A DNA stretch of 64,000 nucleotides from Felis catus (GCF_018350175.1 NC_058368.1:139316001-139380000), one strand, 5' to 3'; shown: positions 1 through 12,579, numbered from the stretch's first letter. Program-made: numbers and translations. The notes: generated by a model from the sequence alone, not told the origin.

Positions 1-29
1 GGCGTCTTGCTTAACCCCCAGCCTCAAAC

Positions 30-560
30 TTGTTCCAGCTCGTGAGAGGTGCAGGTTTGCAACTAGATGTTAAGCAGGATCATTAGAAATTAAATTATAT
101 AAACACAAATGCATTATATTAAGAACAAACATGTGAAACATTGCATCCTGATTATTTATTATGTTGTACTATTTAAAAAAAATTTTTTTTTATCGTTTAT
201 TTTTGAGACAGAGACAGAGCGTGAACAGGGGAGGGGCAGAGAGAGAGGGAGACACAGAATCCAAAACAGGCTCCAGGCTCTGAGCCATCAGCCCAGAGCC
301 TGACGCGGGGCTCGAACTCACAGACCGTGAGATCACGACCTGAGCTGAAGTCGGACGCTTAACCGACCGAGCCACCCAGGCGCCCCTATTATGTTGTACT
401 ATTATCCACACTCCTGAGACCATCTACACCTGGCAGTACCATGTACTGGTCTCCTACCGTGTATCTCATCCCAACTCTGCCTTTGGTGGCAGGGACAGCC
501 TGAAATCAGTCACAGTGGCAGCATTTACACAAAGGACACAAGGCAGGGTATTTTGGGGGT
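30..560. mobile_element. MER63-like hAT DNA transposon remnant, interrupted by a SINE
   Basis: Segments aaattaaattatataaac, tattatc..ctcctgag and atctcatcccaactctgc resemble the recalled MER63 consensus. Confidence 0.55.
174..386 (-). mobile_element. Can-SINE (SINEC_Fc)
   Basis: tRNA-derived head ggggcgcctgggtggctc (rc), CT repeat, A-tail; 17-bp TSD tattatgttgtactatt at 157-173 and 387-403. Confidence 0.95.
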
Positions 561-1346
561 GGAGTAGGGGTAAGATTTACCAGCACAGCACCATCAGATC
601 TCCCCCAGGTGCTGACATGGCATCCCAGACTTTGGTCTTTTCCACTCCCGTGATCTCTCAATTTATTATTGAAATAGCGGGTTTCCTGTTGGTGCTTCTC
701 GTAAGGATGCCAACTCCACGAGGGAGGCAAAGCTGTACCTGCCACCCCCTGTTGATCGCTGCACTCCCAGTACCCAGCACAGTCAACAGCATACGATAAA
801 CACTTAATGATTTTGTTGACAGGTTGTCAACAAGGCCCAAGGAGCAAGCTCTAACCTTTTAAACACAGAGGGGTTGACAGCAGGGATTCATCTAGATGAG
901 TATGAAATCTTCCATTTCACGGACTGGGCTATCTTGAGGATGTACACACTGGTGATCACTTAATTATGTTCTGAACTTGACCAGGCTTGAACATGGCCTT
1001 GAGGATTTTTTCATTAGAAGATAGTCAGTGATGGCCAACGATGCTTTTCACCTTGGTTCTCTATACAGACGTGCTGGTTTTCCCACCCTGTCTGTTGGTT
1101 TCCAGCAGCCTACCTCTGGCCTCTGCTCCATTCCACATGGCGTTCTTCCTCATATGTTTTCAACATCATCTTACAAGGACATCAGTCATACTGGATTAAG
1201 TAAGGGCCTACCCTTGTCCAGTGTGACCTTATCTAAACTAACTGCATCTGCACAGACCCTATTTTCAAATAATGTCACATTCTGAGGTACTGGGGCTTAG
1301 GTTTAACTGTTAACTAGTAAAATACAACCATCTTGGCAAACAATTC

Positions 1347-1577
1347 TTTTTTTTTTTGTTTACTAAATTTTTTAAAATAATTTTTTATTTATTTTTGAGA
1401 CAGAGAAAGACAGAGCATGAACGGGGGAGGGTCAGAGAGAGGGAGACACAGAATCGGAAGCAGGCTCCAGGCTGTGAGCTGTCAGCACAAAGCCCGATGC
1501 AGGGCTCAAACTCAGAGTGTGAGATCATGACCTGAGCCGAAGTTGGACGCTTAACCGACTGAGCCACCCAGGTGCCC
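1347..1577 (-). mobile_element. Can-SINE
   Basis: SINEC consensus; TSD ttggcaaacaattct. Confidence 0.92.
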
Positions 1578-2460
1578 GTTGGCAAACAATTCTGAAGGCA
1601 CTGGGTCTGGAGCTTTGCAATCCAGGTTCATTTTATTTAGAGACTTAGGAAGAATCACACGTCGTCAGGTCTGATCAGAAAAACCAGTATCATATGCCAG
1701 GCTAGCACTCTTACTTCCGAGAGGCCTATGTGGCTCTCACTGTATGTTCCCGGGAAGCTAAATGAATTAAAAGTGATTGTCAGAGTTATATATTGATGTT
1801 TCTGAAAGGCTCTGGAAAGTCTCTGGTTAAATGTGGCAGACTAAACACTTGCTTTTATCTCCACCATCTCCTGAAATCCCCCCCAAAATGAGAGGGAAAA
1901 AAAGTAGGGGAGGAATAGCCATAAATCATAATTTCTAAGAAAATGGAATGGAGGTAACTAAGATATAACAACAACAACAACAATAACAATAACAAAAGGT
2001 GTGGGGAGTTGGAAAGAGAAATAACTGTTACCTGACTTATCAGACCAAAGAACACAGAAACCTAAGGCTGCAGTTGGGGAAGCCAGCAGGAAGGGAGTTA
2101 ATTTCCCCCCGAAGAACCCTGAAAAGCCATGGGAATCTGAGAGCGAGAGGCACAGAAGACGCTGAGAACTGACAGATTGGTCGCAGTGAGGCAGGAGGGT
2201 CTATCCTTGACCTGGCAGGAAACTGGACATGGACTCTGTGAAGAAACTGAGTCACAGAGGGTGTGGTCTAGGGGACCCAAGACAGGGCTGGCAAATGTGT
2301 GTGTGGGGGGTGGGGGCCTGTGTCTCACAACAAAAACTGGAGTCTGATCTCTCAACGGTGGCTTCCAACTTGGCCGCACATTGGAATCACCTGAGGAGCA
2401 AGGTAGGCTCCACTTCCAGAGTTGATGAAATTGCTCTGAGGTGCAGACCGGCATCAGGAG

Positions 2461-2676
2461 TTTTTTGTTTTTTTTACATTTATTTATTTTTGGGACAGAG
2501 AGAGACAGAGCATGAACGGGGGAGGGGCAGAGAGAGAGGGAGACACAGAATCGGAAACAGGCTCCAGGCTCTGAGCCATCAGCCCAGAGCCCGACGCGGG
2601 GCTCGAACTCACGGAGCGCGAGATCGTGACCTGGCTGAAGTCGGACGCTCAACCGACTGCGCCACCCAGGCGCCCC
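2461..2676 (-). mobile_element. Can-SINE (young SINEC_Fc) inserted in a MER5 element
   Basis: Near-consensus, CpGs retained; TSD cggcatcaggagttttt. Confidence 0.95.
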
Positions 2677-3790
2677 AGCGGCATCAGGAGTTTTTAACGT
2701 TCCCCAAGTGATTGTAATGTACAGCCAAGCCACAGAAATTCTACTTCAATGTAACCTACAGGCAACAGCTTCTTGTGTGTCATTCCTGATCTTTTCAAAG
2801 AACCAACTTTTAGTTCTACTGATATTCTCTATTCTTTGTCCATTTCCTACTTCACTCATTTGTCATCTTATTTCCTTTCCTCTCCTTTGCTTATTTTGGG
2901 TTTAATTTGCCCTTCTTCTTCTAGTTTCTTAAAGTGGAAACACGAAGCATGGGCTTTATGAAGACTTTTTTTTTTTTCTAAAAGTAGCATTTAATGCTAT
3001 AAATTTCCCTTAAAGCACTGCTGTAGCCATGTCTCACAAATGTTACGTTGGGTTTTCTTTTTGATTGTGTTCCAAATATTTCTTAATTTCTCTTGTGATT
3101 TCTTCTTTGGCTTATGAATTATTGAGGCATATCCTTAGTTTCCAAGAATTTAGTATTTTTTTTTTTCTGGACATCTTTCTGTTATTATGTTTAATTCTAT
3201 TGTATAGAGAATAATTTTGATCCTTTTAAATTCACTGAGACTTGTTTCATGGCCCAGAATATGTGACACCCTGGGGCATCCTATGTTCGTTTGAAAAGAA
3301 TGCATCCTCAGTTGGGTGAAATGTTCTATAAAGGTCAATTAGGTCAAATCAGTTGTGAGTGTTATAAAACTGTCTATAGGCTGACTCATTTTTTGGTCTG
3401 TTTCATCTGTTCATTCTTGAGAAAGGAATATTAAATCTTCAACAATAACTTTAGCTTTGCCTAGAAATTTCTCCTTTCAATTCTAAAAGTTTTTGTTTCA
3501 AGTATTTTAAAGCTATGTTATTGTGTGCCTACACACTTTGAATTATTACGTCTTCTCGATGAATTGTCCCCTTTACCATTACGAAAAAGCTCTTTTTATC
3601 CCTGCTAATATTATTTGTTCCAAAGTATACTTTATCTGAATACAATTCAATATAAGCCTCTCTCTAGCTTTCTTATGATTAGTAATTGCACAGCATGTCT
3701 TTTTCAATTATTTTGCTTTTAGTCTATTTGCTTTTATACTTTAAGTCAGTTTCTTGTAGATAGGGTATAGATGGGTTGTTTTATAAGATC

Positions 3791-4468
3791 GTGAGATTCT
3801 TTTGATGGGAGGTCACAACAGAATGATGCTAGGATAACAGAAAGGCAGAACTGTGTTATTTACAGCTCCAAAGGGGAGCAGGCTGTCAGGCAGGGCCACA
3901 CAGGGCTCTGCCCATAGGGGACAGGAAGTCTGAGCTGCAGGCAACAGTTTTTGGGTTTTTTTTTAAATTATTTTTAATGTTTACTTATTTTTGAGAGAGA
4001 GAGAGAGAAAGAGAGAAGGCACAAGCGGGGGAGGAGCAGAGAGAGAGGAAGACACAGAATCCAAAGCAGGATTCAGGCTCTCAGCTGTCAGCACAGAGCC
4101 CGCCGCTGGGCTCGAACTCACAAACTGTGAGATCTTGACCTGAGCTGAAGCCGGAAGCTCAATCGACTGAGCCCTTAGGCGCCCCTGCAGGCAACATTTT
4201 AGATATGGTAAGTGGGGTAAGGTTAGCTAGGTTTCGTGGGGCCCCTTAAATAATATCAAGGGCTCCAGGGACAGGGGGGCTGTACCTAGCTGTTTGGTAC
4301 CTGACCCTGGTTAGTTAGGGCTGGTGCACAGTGGTGTGGGGTGTGACAGCCCTAATAAAGGAAGTTGTAGGAGTGCAGACTCCATCAGTGCTCAAGAAGA
4401 GGAACTCGCTGGCTTCCAGCCAGGGACAAGATTGGATCAAGACAGCAGTTCAAAAAAAAAAAAAAAAA
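3791..4468. mobile_element. LTR-like insertion within the old L1, itself carrying a SINE and ending in A17
   Basis: GC-richer segment that interrupts collinear L1 sequence. Flanked by gttgttttataagatc (3775-3790) and gttgttttttaaatc (4469-4483). Confidence 0.45.
3948..4185 (-). mobile_element. Can-SINE
   Basis: SINEC consensus; TSD ctgcaggcaaca. Confidence 0.92.
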
Positions 4469-4619
4469 GTTGTTTTTTAAATCAAGTGTAATAATGTCTA
4501 CTTTTAATTGGAGGGGTTAGATAATTTACATTTAGTATTTTGGTTAAGCTTAAGCCTATTACCTTGCCTTTTGTCTTCTATATTGCTATTTGTTCCTTTC
4601 CTCCCTTTTCCTGACTCTT

Positions 4620-4831
4620 TGTATTTATTTATTTTTAAATGTTTATTTTTGAGAGAGAGAGAGTGAGCACTCACAAGCGGGGGAGGGGCAAAGAGAATGG
4701 ATCTCAGAGGATTAGAAGCCTGCTCTGTGCTGGCAGCAAAGAGACCAATGAGGGGCTTGAACCCACGAAGAGATCATGACCTGAGCCGAAGTTGGGTGCT
4801 TAACTTAACCGAATAAGCCACCAGGCGCCCC
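4620..4831 (-). mobile_element. Can-SINE (older)
   Basis: Diverged SINEC body. Confidence 0.85.
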
Positions 4832-5325
4832 GCCTGCCTGCCTCTTTTTAAATTTAGTATATTTTATGATTCCACTTGATCTCTACCATTGATTTATTAG
4901 TTATATACCTCTTTGCTGCTTTTCATTTTTTCCCCCACATACTGTAGTTTATATTTTTTGTTATAGCTTTTCACTTTTAAATATTTGCCCTAGGGTTTCA
5001 CTCTATACCTTTAACTTATCACAGCCTCCATCCAAATAAAAGTATGTCCTAAGGACCTTGTAACAGAGAACTTCCATTTCCTGAAAACCACCCATTCTTT
5101 GTGCTGTTTTTGTGATAAATTCTGCTTTACATATGTTTTAAACCCTGTAACACATTTCAGTGTTTACAAACTTAAACAATTATCTTCTAAATAGTTTTTA
5201 AATAAGGAACAATGTTTTTTATGATTATCTACATATTTATAATTTCCAGCATGCTTCATTTTTTATGTAAATCCAAATTTCCATGTGGTGTAAATTTGCT
5301 TCTGCTTGAAGATTTTCCTTTAAGG

Positions 5326-5328
<3 letters not shown>

Positions 5329-5379
<51 letters not shown>
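5329..5379. repeat. (TG)n microsatellite
   Basis: ~25 perfect TG units. Confidence 0.97.
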
Positions 5380-5380
<1 letters not shown>

Positions 5381-6507
5381 GCAGGTCTGCTGGCAGTTTA
5401 TTCTCCCAGCTTTTTGATTGCTTGAAAAGCCTCTATTTTGCCTTCATTTTAAAAAGATTTTTTTGATAGATGTAAAATTCTAGATGGACCTTTGTGTTTT
5501 TGTTTTTGTTCAGGGCTTTCAAGATGTCACTTTAGTGTCTTGTGGATTGAAGTTTCTAAGGAGAAGTCTACTTTAATTTTTAACTTTGTCCTGTAATTTG
5601 CTTTTCCCTCTGGCCGTTTTGAAGATTTTCTCCTCATTATGGATTTCTGGCAATTTGACTGTCATTTTCTGTCTGGTTTTTGTACTTGGATTTCCTCGAG
5701 TTTCTTAGCTCAGCGTGCTTATAGTTTAATCAAATTTTGGACTTTTTGGGACACTGTGCTCAAAGATTTCTCCTGCTCCCTCTCCCTCCACTGCACGTAT
5801 GTTATGCACCTTGAGGTTGTCTCAAACTTCACTGAGGCTCTGTTCAGGGGTTTCTTTTGTCTTTCAGTTCAGGCGGCTTGTATTGCTACATCCTTAAGTT
5901 CATTGATCTTTTCCTCTGCACTAAATAGTTAATCTCACCCAGTACCTATTTCATTTCAGATATTTTTCACCTCTAAAAAGCTTCATTTGATTTTGTTAAC
6001 CATTCATCTTTCTTGTCGTCACATCCATGTTTCCTCTTACATCCTTGAACATAAGAAGCACACTTATAATAGCTGTTTCACGTCCTTGCTGCTAACTTCA
6101 TTTTCTCAATCATTTCTTAGTTCGCTTTTAAAGGCTGCGTTTTCTCCTTCTTATGGGTCCCATTCTCCTGCTTCTTTATAGGGCTAGTGATTTTTGACTG
6201 GATGTGAAACATTGTGAATTTGTTATTACCAAATGCTGGGTTTATATTCCCTTAAAGAATATCAAACTTTTTCTGGCAGGCAGTTTAAGTTGCTTGCGGA
6301 TTAGTTCGATCCATTTGAAGTTTGTTTTGCAGCTCTTTTAAGGGAGGTCTAGGGAACCCACTAGCCTAAAGCCAATAGAATCCCACCTTTAAGGCATGGC
6401 CCTTCTGGTCTCTACTGAATGCCCAGGCATTCCGTGAGACCTTTCCACCCTGACTGGCGGGAACTTACGTGGTTTTCAGACCTATGTGAGATTTAAAATC
6501 TGTTTAT

Positions 6508-6727
6508 GGGGGCGCCTGGGTGGCACAGTCGGTTAAGCGTCCGACTTCAGCCAGGTCACGATCTCACGGTCCGTGAGTTCGAGCCCCTCGTCGGGCTCTG
6601 GGCTGATGGCTCAGAGCCTGGAGCCTGTTTCCGATTCTGTGTCTCCCTCTCTCTCTGCCCCTCCTCTGTTCATGCTCTGTCTCTCTCTGTCCCAAAAATA
6701 AATAAATGTTGAAAAAAAATTTTTTTT
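6508..6727 (+). mobile_element. Can-SINE (young SINEC_Fc)
   Basis: ggggcgcctgggtggcacagtcggttaagcgtccgacttcagccagg; TSD aaatctgtttatg. Confidence 0.95.
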
Positions 6728-7167
6728 AAATCTGTTTATGTCATGGCTCCCTGTCAGTTATTCTTTTCTCGAAAAACGTTGTTGTCCACACTAGTGAAAC
6801 TCTACCATGGGCATGAGCAGATTAGTATTTAGCCTAAACCTCAAGAGAGACCATATGCAGATTTCTGGAGGTCCAACTTCTGCCTTTTAAGTACTCTGCC
6901 CTGAAAAGTTTAGCCACCTTGCCCTCTCTAAATTCCATTCTCTAGTTAGGCTTCTTTTTTGCACCATGGTCTGAGCATTTCTTCCCAGCAGAAAGCCTAG
7001 GTGATAGTAAGGCTCACCTCATTTTTCTCCTTTTCTCAGTTTTGTGCTGCGTGTTGTCCAAGTCTGAAAACTGTTTTTTCCTATGTGGTTTCCAGTTTTC
7101 TAGCTGTTTATGGTGGGAAGATACTTCCGGATGATCTTATCAATAGGAGCCCAAGTACCCCGCTCTT

Positions 7168-7390
7168 TTTCTATTCTTTTCTTTTCTTTCCTTTCTTTTC
7201 TCTTTTCTTTCCTTTCTTTTTTTCTTTCCTTTCTTTTTTCTTTTCTTTCCTTTCTTTTTTTTCTTTCCTTTCTTTTTTCTTTCCTTTTCTTTTTTCTTTT
7301 CTTTCCTTTCTTTTTTTTCTTTCCTTTCTTTTTTCTTTCCTTTCCTTTTCTTTTTCCTTTCCTTTCCTTTCCTTTCTTTTCTTTTCTTTT
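7168..7390. repeat. CT-rich low-complexity tract (decayed/expanded poly(A) tail of the RPL10A retrocopy)
   Basis: ~220 nt of almost pure T/C (TTTC, TTTTC, TTCC units) lying between the pseudogene 3' end and its TSD. Confidence 0.9.
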
Positions 7391-8095
7391 AGCACTAGGG
7401 TTTATTAAGCTGTGCCTTAGTACAGACACTAGGGCTTGCCCGTGGTGTTCTTCATGTATAAAGCCTGGACATCCTGCCAATTCTTCTTGAGAAATTACAT
7501 GAGGAGATGACAGCTAAGTGGATGCTGCACACACCTTCATTTTCTGTCATCTTTACACGGTCAACGGCCACTACCAGACAGAGCACCTTCTTCATCTGGA
7601 CTGTGATTACAGACTCCACTTCATCCACTGTGGCCACCATATTCTCATTGTGGGTCAGTCAGAAAGGGAACTTGCCCGCCTTTTAAAGGCCTGGGCCCAG
7701 GGTTCATGAGAGTTGCTTCAAGAGAGATGCTGAAGCAAAAAATAAGGCATCATATTTCTTGGCTAGCTTCTTGATCAATTTCTGATTTTTGTTGAGTTTC
7801 TTTAGTGCCTCAGTGTCCATGTGGGGAATATCCACCCCCTTGGCCTCATCACAATGCTGCTGGTCCCCCCAAAATAGTTTGGGGTGGGGAGTGGACCCAA
7901 GCCTGATGGTGCCCCAGAAGTGTTCGTCCTTCTGAGTGTCACAGCTCTTCAGGCTGACCTGCAGCTCCGCCATGTCCCGACAATTCAGCGCTCACAGTAG
8001 TTCCCACGCAGGACCTCCCGCACCACCTCCCACAGGGTGTCTTGGGAGACTTTGCTGCTCATGGTGTGGAAAGCCACTATAACCAGAAAAGAGAG
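7168..8095 (-). pseudogene. RPL10A: Processed (retro)pseudogene of 60S ribosomal protein L10a (uL1)
   Basis: ATG at 8062 reads MSSKVSQDTLWE. Fragments [48 protein letters not shown] and [20 protein letters not shown] match RPL10A. No introns, several frameshifts, premature TAG near the end, original TAA at 7419-7417. AATAAA at 7406-7401, A-rich tail 7390-7168, degenerate TSDs at 7152-7167 and 8096-8111. Confidence 0.96.
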
Positions 8096-8235
8096 CAAAT
8101 GCCCCACTCTTAAATTTCAGTTTCTGGCAGCAGATTACCTGATTATCTGAGGACTCCCTCAGTAAGAAACAGACACTAAAAGAGGAAAAGAGGAAGAGGG
8201 ACCAAAGAAAACAGATAATGCCAAGATCAAAGTAT

Positions 8236-8412
8236 TTTTTTAATGTTTATTTTATTTTTGGGGGGGGAGGGGCAGAGACAGAAGGAGACACAGAATCCAA
8301 AGCAGGCTCCAGGCTCTCAGCTGTCAGCACAGAGCCCGACGCGACACTCAAACTTACAAACCCGTGAGATCATGACCCGAGCCGAAGTCAGATGCTTAAC
8401 CGACTGGGCCAC
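8236..8412 (-). mobile_element. Can-SINE
   Basis: SINEC body; flanking caaagtatttt repeat. Confidence 0.85.
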
Positions 8413-8449
8413 CTCAAAGAACAAAGTATTTTAAGAATTTATAATTAAA

Positions 8450-9190
8450 ACCCTAAAAGGGACCCAGGAAGATACCACATCACTGAAATCAGAGAATGCT
8501 GTGAAAATTTTTTCTAATTCAGGGAATAAGAAAGTTTTGAAATTAAAAATATGCTAGCAGGAGCTAAAATTTCAGCAGAAAGTATGAAAGGTACAACTGA
8601 GGAAGTTTTTTTGGCAGTTGAACAAAACGACAAGGAGAAAGAAAATACAAGAGAAGAGACAAAATCATTACAGGACTGATCAAGAGATTCCAAATTGTCA
8701 ATTGAAAGGATCTTTAGAAAAAGACCATAGAAAAAAAATGGAGGACAGGAAATTACAGAAAAAAGAACAGAAAATTTCCCAAATCGCAGTGTGAACCTCT
8801 AGATTTAAAAGAGCCAGTGACTGACCAGCTCAATGGATTAAAAAAAAGAAAAAGGATCCTTACCAGGTAAATATGACAAAATCTCAGGACGCCTCAACAA
8901 ATGAGATGCTCTCAAAAGCAGACAAGTGGTCAGAAATTAGAGTGGCACAGAGACACAAGAGATGAGAGGGTAATGGGCTAGTGCCTACGACTTCTAAGAG
9001 GATGTGACGGACATCCAGAGATTCATACGCTAATTATCAAGTGAATTTAAGGGCCTAATAAAAATATTTTCAAACAGGCAAGGCAACAGAAATGTGACTT
9101 TCTATACATTCATTCTCATGGCAGAACAGAAGGATGTACTCCATCAATCACAGCGAAAACCCGGGGGAAGATACAGGGTCCAGAAAATGA
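8450..9190 (+). mobile_element. Degenerate L1/HAL1 ORF1-like fragment
   Basis: A-rich sequence with ORF1-like motifs (gaaattaaaaatatg, gaaaatttcccaaat); no open frame. Confidence 0.45.
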
Positions 9191-9199
9191 AGCATTTCC

Positions 9200-9426
9200 T
9201 TTTTTTTTTTTTTAATTTTTTTCAACGTTTATTTATTTATTTTTGGGACAGAGAGAGACAGAGCATGAACGGGGGTGGGGCAGAGAGAGAGGGAGACACA
9301 GAATCAGAAACAGGCTCCAGGCTCTGAGCCATCAGCCCAGAGCCCGACGCGGGGCTCGAACTCACGACCACGAGATCGTGACCTGCTGAAGTCGGACGCT
9401 TAACCGACTGTGCCACCCAGGCGCCC
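9200..9426 (-). mobile_element. Can-SINE (young SINEC_Fc)
   Basis: Near-consensus; TSD aaaatgaagcatttcc. Confidence 0.95.
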
Positions 9427-9693
9427 CAAAATGAAGCATTTCCAACAAGAGATTGTGGGAAGCCCCTGGAAAGTTCTGGAGGGAAATTCCAGGGTCACAG
9501 CTGTGTAGCCAGCCCAGAGGACAAATAGCATAGGCCTGAGCAGGACAATGGCAAGGGCATATGCAGAAAAGCAGACAAGGGGACCTGACTATTGACTTGA
9601 TGTGACTGTATTGCTAAGACTTTTTCTTTAGTGTGTTATTTAGAATTACGAAGGCAATACAAAACATTGCAAAGATTTAAAAATGGTTGCTCT

Positions 9694-10023
9694 ACAACGT
9701 GGATGGAACTAGAGAGTGTTATGCTGAGTGAAATAAGTCATACAGAGAAAGACAGATACCATATGTTTTCACTCTTATGTGGATCCTGAGAAACTTAACA
9801 GAAGACCATGGGGGAGGGGAAGGAAAAAAAAAAGTTAGAGAGGGAGAGAGCCAAACCATAAGAGAGTCTTAAACACTGAGAGTAAACTGAGGGTTGATGG
9901 GGGGTGGGAGGGAGGGGAGGGTGGGTGATGGGCATTGAGGAGGGCACCTGTTGGGATGAGCACTGGGTGTTGTATGGAAACTAATTTGACAATAAATTTC
10001 ATATTAAAAAAATAAATAAAAAA
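9694..10023 (+). mobile_element. 5'-truncated carnivore L1 3' end
   Basis: tggatggaactagagagtgttatgctgagtgaaataagtc, L1 3' UTR, A-tail; 16-bp TSD taaaaatggttgctct at 9678-9693 and 10024-10039. Confidence 0.9.
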
Positions 10024-10391
10024 TAAAAATGGTTGCTCTGGGTAGTGGGTATTGGAGATCCCAAGGGCCTCGGGGAGTGACTGTCAGTTTTCGTTTTAAC
10101 CCAGTACTTCTGTTTAATTTTTAAAAACTTTTCATTTATTACTTTGATAAGAAAAAATAATAATAAAAGGGTAAGAGGCCCAGAAACAAAAATACACAAA
10201 CACTAGACCCATTCCTGGCACAACTTCTTGGCTGCTCCCCCAAGGATGTGGGACTGTGGCAGGTGGTCAGGTCACCCCAGTGGGGTGGGGTCAGCTCAGG
10301 GCCAGAGTGTGGTCTTCCAGCCCTGGAGACGCAGCCCTAATATCCAGCCAGGAAAGCTAGAGCCCTGGACAACTGGAGTTCCCATTGTGAA

Positions 10392-10718
10392 TTTATTTTT
10401 AATTTATTTTTTTAAGTTTATTTATTTTTGAGAGAGACAAAGACACCATGAGTGGGAAAGAGGTGGGGGGGGGAGGAGAGGGGGAGGAGAGGGAGAGGGA
10501 GAGGGAGAGGGAGAGGGAGAGAGGGAGAGAGGGAGAGAGGGAGAGAGGGAGAGAGGGAGAGAGGGAGAGAGGGAGAGAGAGAGAGAAAATCTCAAGCAAG
10601 TTCCTCACTGTCAGGACAGAGCCTGACACAGGGCTCAAACCCACAAAACCGTGGGATCGTGATCTGAGCGGAAACCAAGAGTCAGACACTTAACTGATCG
10701 AGTCACCCAGGTGCCCCC
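10392..10718 (-). mobile_element. Can-SINE with expanded internal (GGAGAG/GGGAGAGA)n tract
   Basis: SINEC head and tail flanking ~110 nt of purine repeat at 10475-10585. Confidence 0.88.
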
Positions 10719-11795
10719 ACCCAGTGTAAATTTATAAGGGACTGCACCAGAGGGCCAATTTAGTGAGAAACAGAATCGTGAAGGCTGATTGGAAATTCAC
10801 ATGAACAAGTCGACACATTCTCTCCCGAATAGAGAAACAAACTCAAGAAGTCTACATTCAGAAGGCGGCTTGATAAAGAGGGAATCAAAGTGTAGGGAGT
10901 CAGATAGTTCTCAGAAATACTGTAAATACTTAAATAAGATATACGATTAAAATAGCCTGGTGAGTCACCTGCTCCTTTAATGGTTATCAAAGATCAACAA
11001 ACTTTCTCCGTAAAGGGCTGGATATTCAAAGTTTCCACTTCACAGGCTGTCCCTGTCATAACTGGTCAACTCAGCTGTTACAGCTGGTCCTAAGTTTTAT
11101 CTGACCTGGTGTTAGAGATAGCGTGTTCTGCCTTTTCATTCAAGTCCTATTTTTGTTTCTGTTCCAAGAAAAATAATAGCAGAATTTGCACCAGTGGATT
11201 TTCTAGAACAAGTTGGTTAATGGCTAAGATGTCTGGAAGCATCTATGCATTTTGGCTTGTCATTAAGATTTCACTTCATGAAAGGATGTTTCATGAGATT
11301 CTTACACACAAGGACAATTTAAGGTTGATTCTCTGAACTTACAGATGCTCTTAAAAGAATTGAAGAGGTTTTCTTACAGCTTGGCTATCTGACCAGCTCT
11401 GCTTTTTGTGTTCATTTGTTTTCACCACAATTAAAAACCACAGCAATCACTCAAATGCAAAGAACTGAAACAGCAAGAATTATCGTTTGACTCTTAGAAA
11501 GTGAACATTTTGCTTTCCAGTTGCTACATTCTGGCTTATTTAGTCTGCTGAGAGCAAAAGGGTAAAATAAGCACTGTTTTCCAAGAGTTAACGTCAGTTC
11601 AGATGACAAACAGCAATTGTAGGGTCAGCCACAGAAAACTCAGAATTTTAGTCATTCAGCACCTATTTACTAGGTGTTTACTGTGTACCTGGTACACACA
11701 CAGAACAGAGTGCTGAATGAAACACCTTGGTCCCTGGCCTTTTGGAACTTAAGCCTAGTGGGGGGAGACATAGGTTTAAAAAAGAAAAACACTTG

Positions 11796-12398
11796 GCATA
11801 ACATCCTCCAGTTCCATCCACGTAGTTGCAAATGGCAAGATTTCATTCTTTTTCATTGCCGAGTAGTATCCATTGTAGATATATACCACATCCTTTTTAT
11901 CCATTCGTCAGTTGATGGACATTTGGGCTCTTTCTGTAATTTGGCTATTGTTGATAGTGCTGCTATAAACATTGGGGTGCATGTGCCCCTTCAAATCAGC
12001 ATTCCTATATTCTTTGGATAAATTCCTAGTAGTGCAATTGCTGGGTCACAGGGTAGTTCTATTTTTAATTTTTTGAGGAACCTGCACACTGAAGAAAGAC
12101 AGCACATGATTTCACTCATATGTGGAAACTGAGAAACTTAACAGATGATCATAGGGGAAGGGAATGAAAAATAGGATGAAAACAGACAGGGCGGTAAACC
12201 ACAAGAGACTCTTAAATACAGAGAACAAATTGAGGGTTGATGGTTGTGGGGAAAATGGGTGATGGGCATTAAGGAGGACTCTTGGGATGAGCACTGGGTG
12301 TTGTATTTAAGTGATGAGTCACTGGGTTCTTCTCCTGAAGCGAAGACTACACTGTATGTTAACAAACTTGAGAATAAATAAATAAATGAATAAAAAAC
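11796..12398 (+). mobile_element. 5'-inverted (twin-primed) carnivore L1 3' end
   Basis: 11796-12091 is antisense L1 ORF2 end; 12092-12398 is sense 3' UTR plus A-tail. TSD aaaagaaaaacacttg at 11780-11795 and 12399-12414. Confidence 0.88.
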
Positions 12399-12579
12399 AA
12401 AAGAAAAACACTTGTAATTAAAAATCGTGATAATGGCCATACAGGAAAAGTAAATAGAGGAGAATATCATTTAGACTGTGGTATCTAAGGAGATTCTCTC
12501 TTTAGTATCTGAGGTATCTAAGGAGGAGTCATTGGAGAGATATTATTTGATCTGGGACTTACAAGTTATGAATAGGAAT

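Larger units (their letters stand above)
2760..7130 (-). mobile_element. Old, fragmented L1 (L1M-type, ORF2 endonuclease region and upstream), interrupted by younger insertions
   Basis: T-rich plus strand with antisense L1 ORF2 motifs (tagcatttaatgctataaatttccct). ORF 3150-3338 gives SHILGHETSLSEFKRIKII, resembling the L1 EN motif DHILGHKTSLNKFKKIEII. Confidence 0.75.

Noticed and set aside
2098..2733. 211-aa ORF (and similar ORFs at 24685-25290, 6506-6712, 13690-13899 etc.)
   Set aside because: They run through Can-SINEs. The recurring peptides (GAPGW..RLSVRLQPGHDL, RGRERGRHRI) are SINE translations.
7001..7490. Lys/Arg/Glu-rich and Phe/Ser-rich ORFs of 74-135 aa
   Set aside because: They are translations of the CT/GA low-complexity tail of the RPL10A retrocopy.
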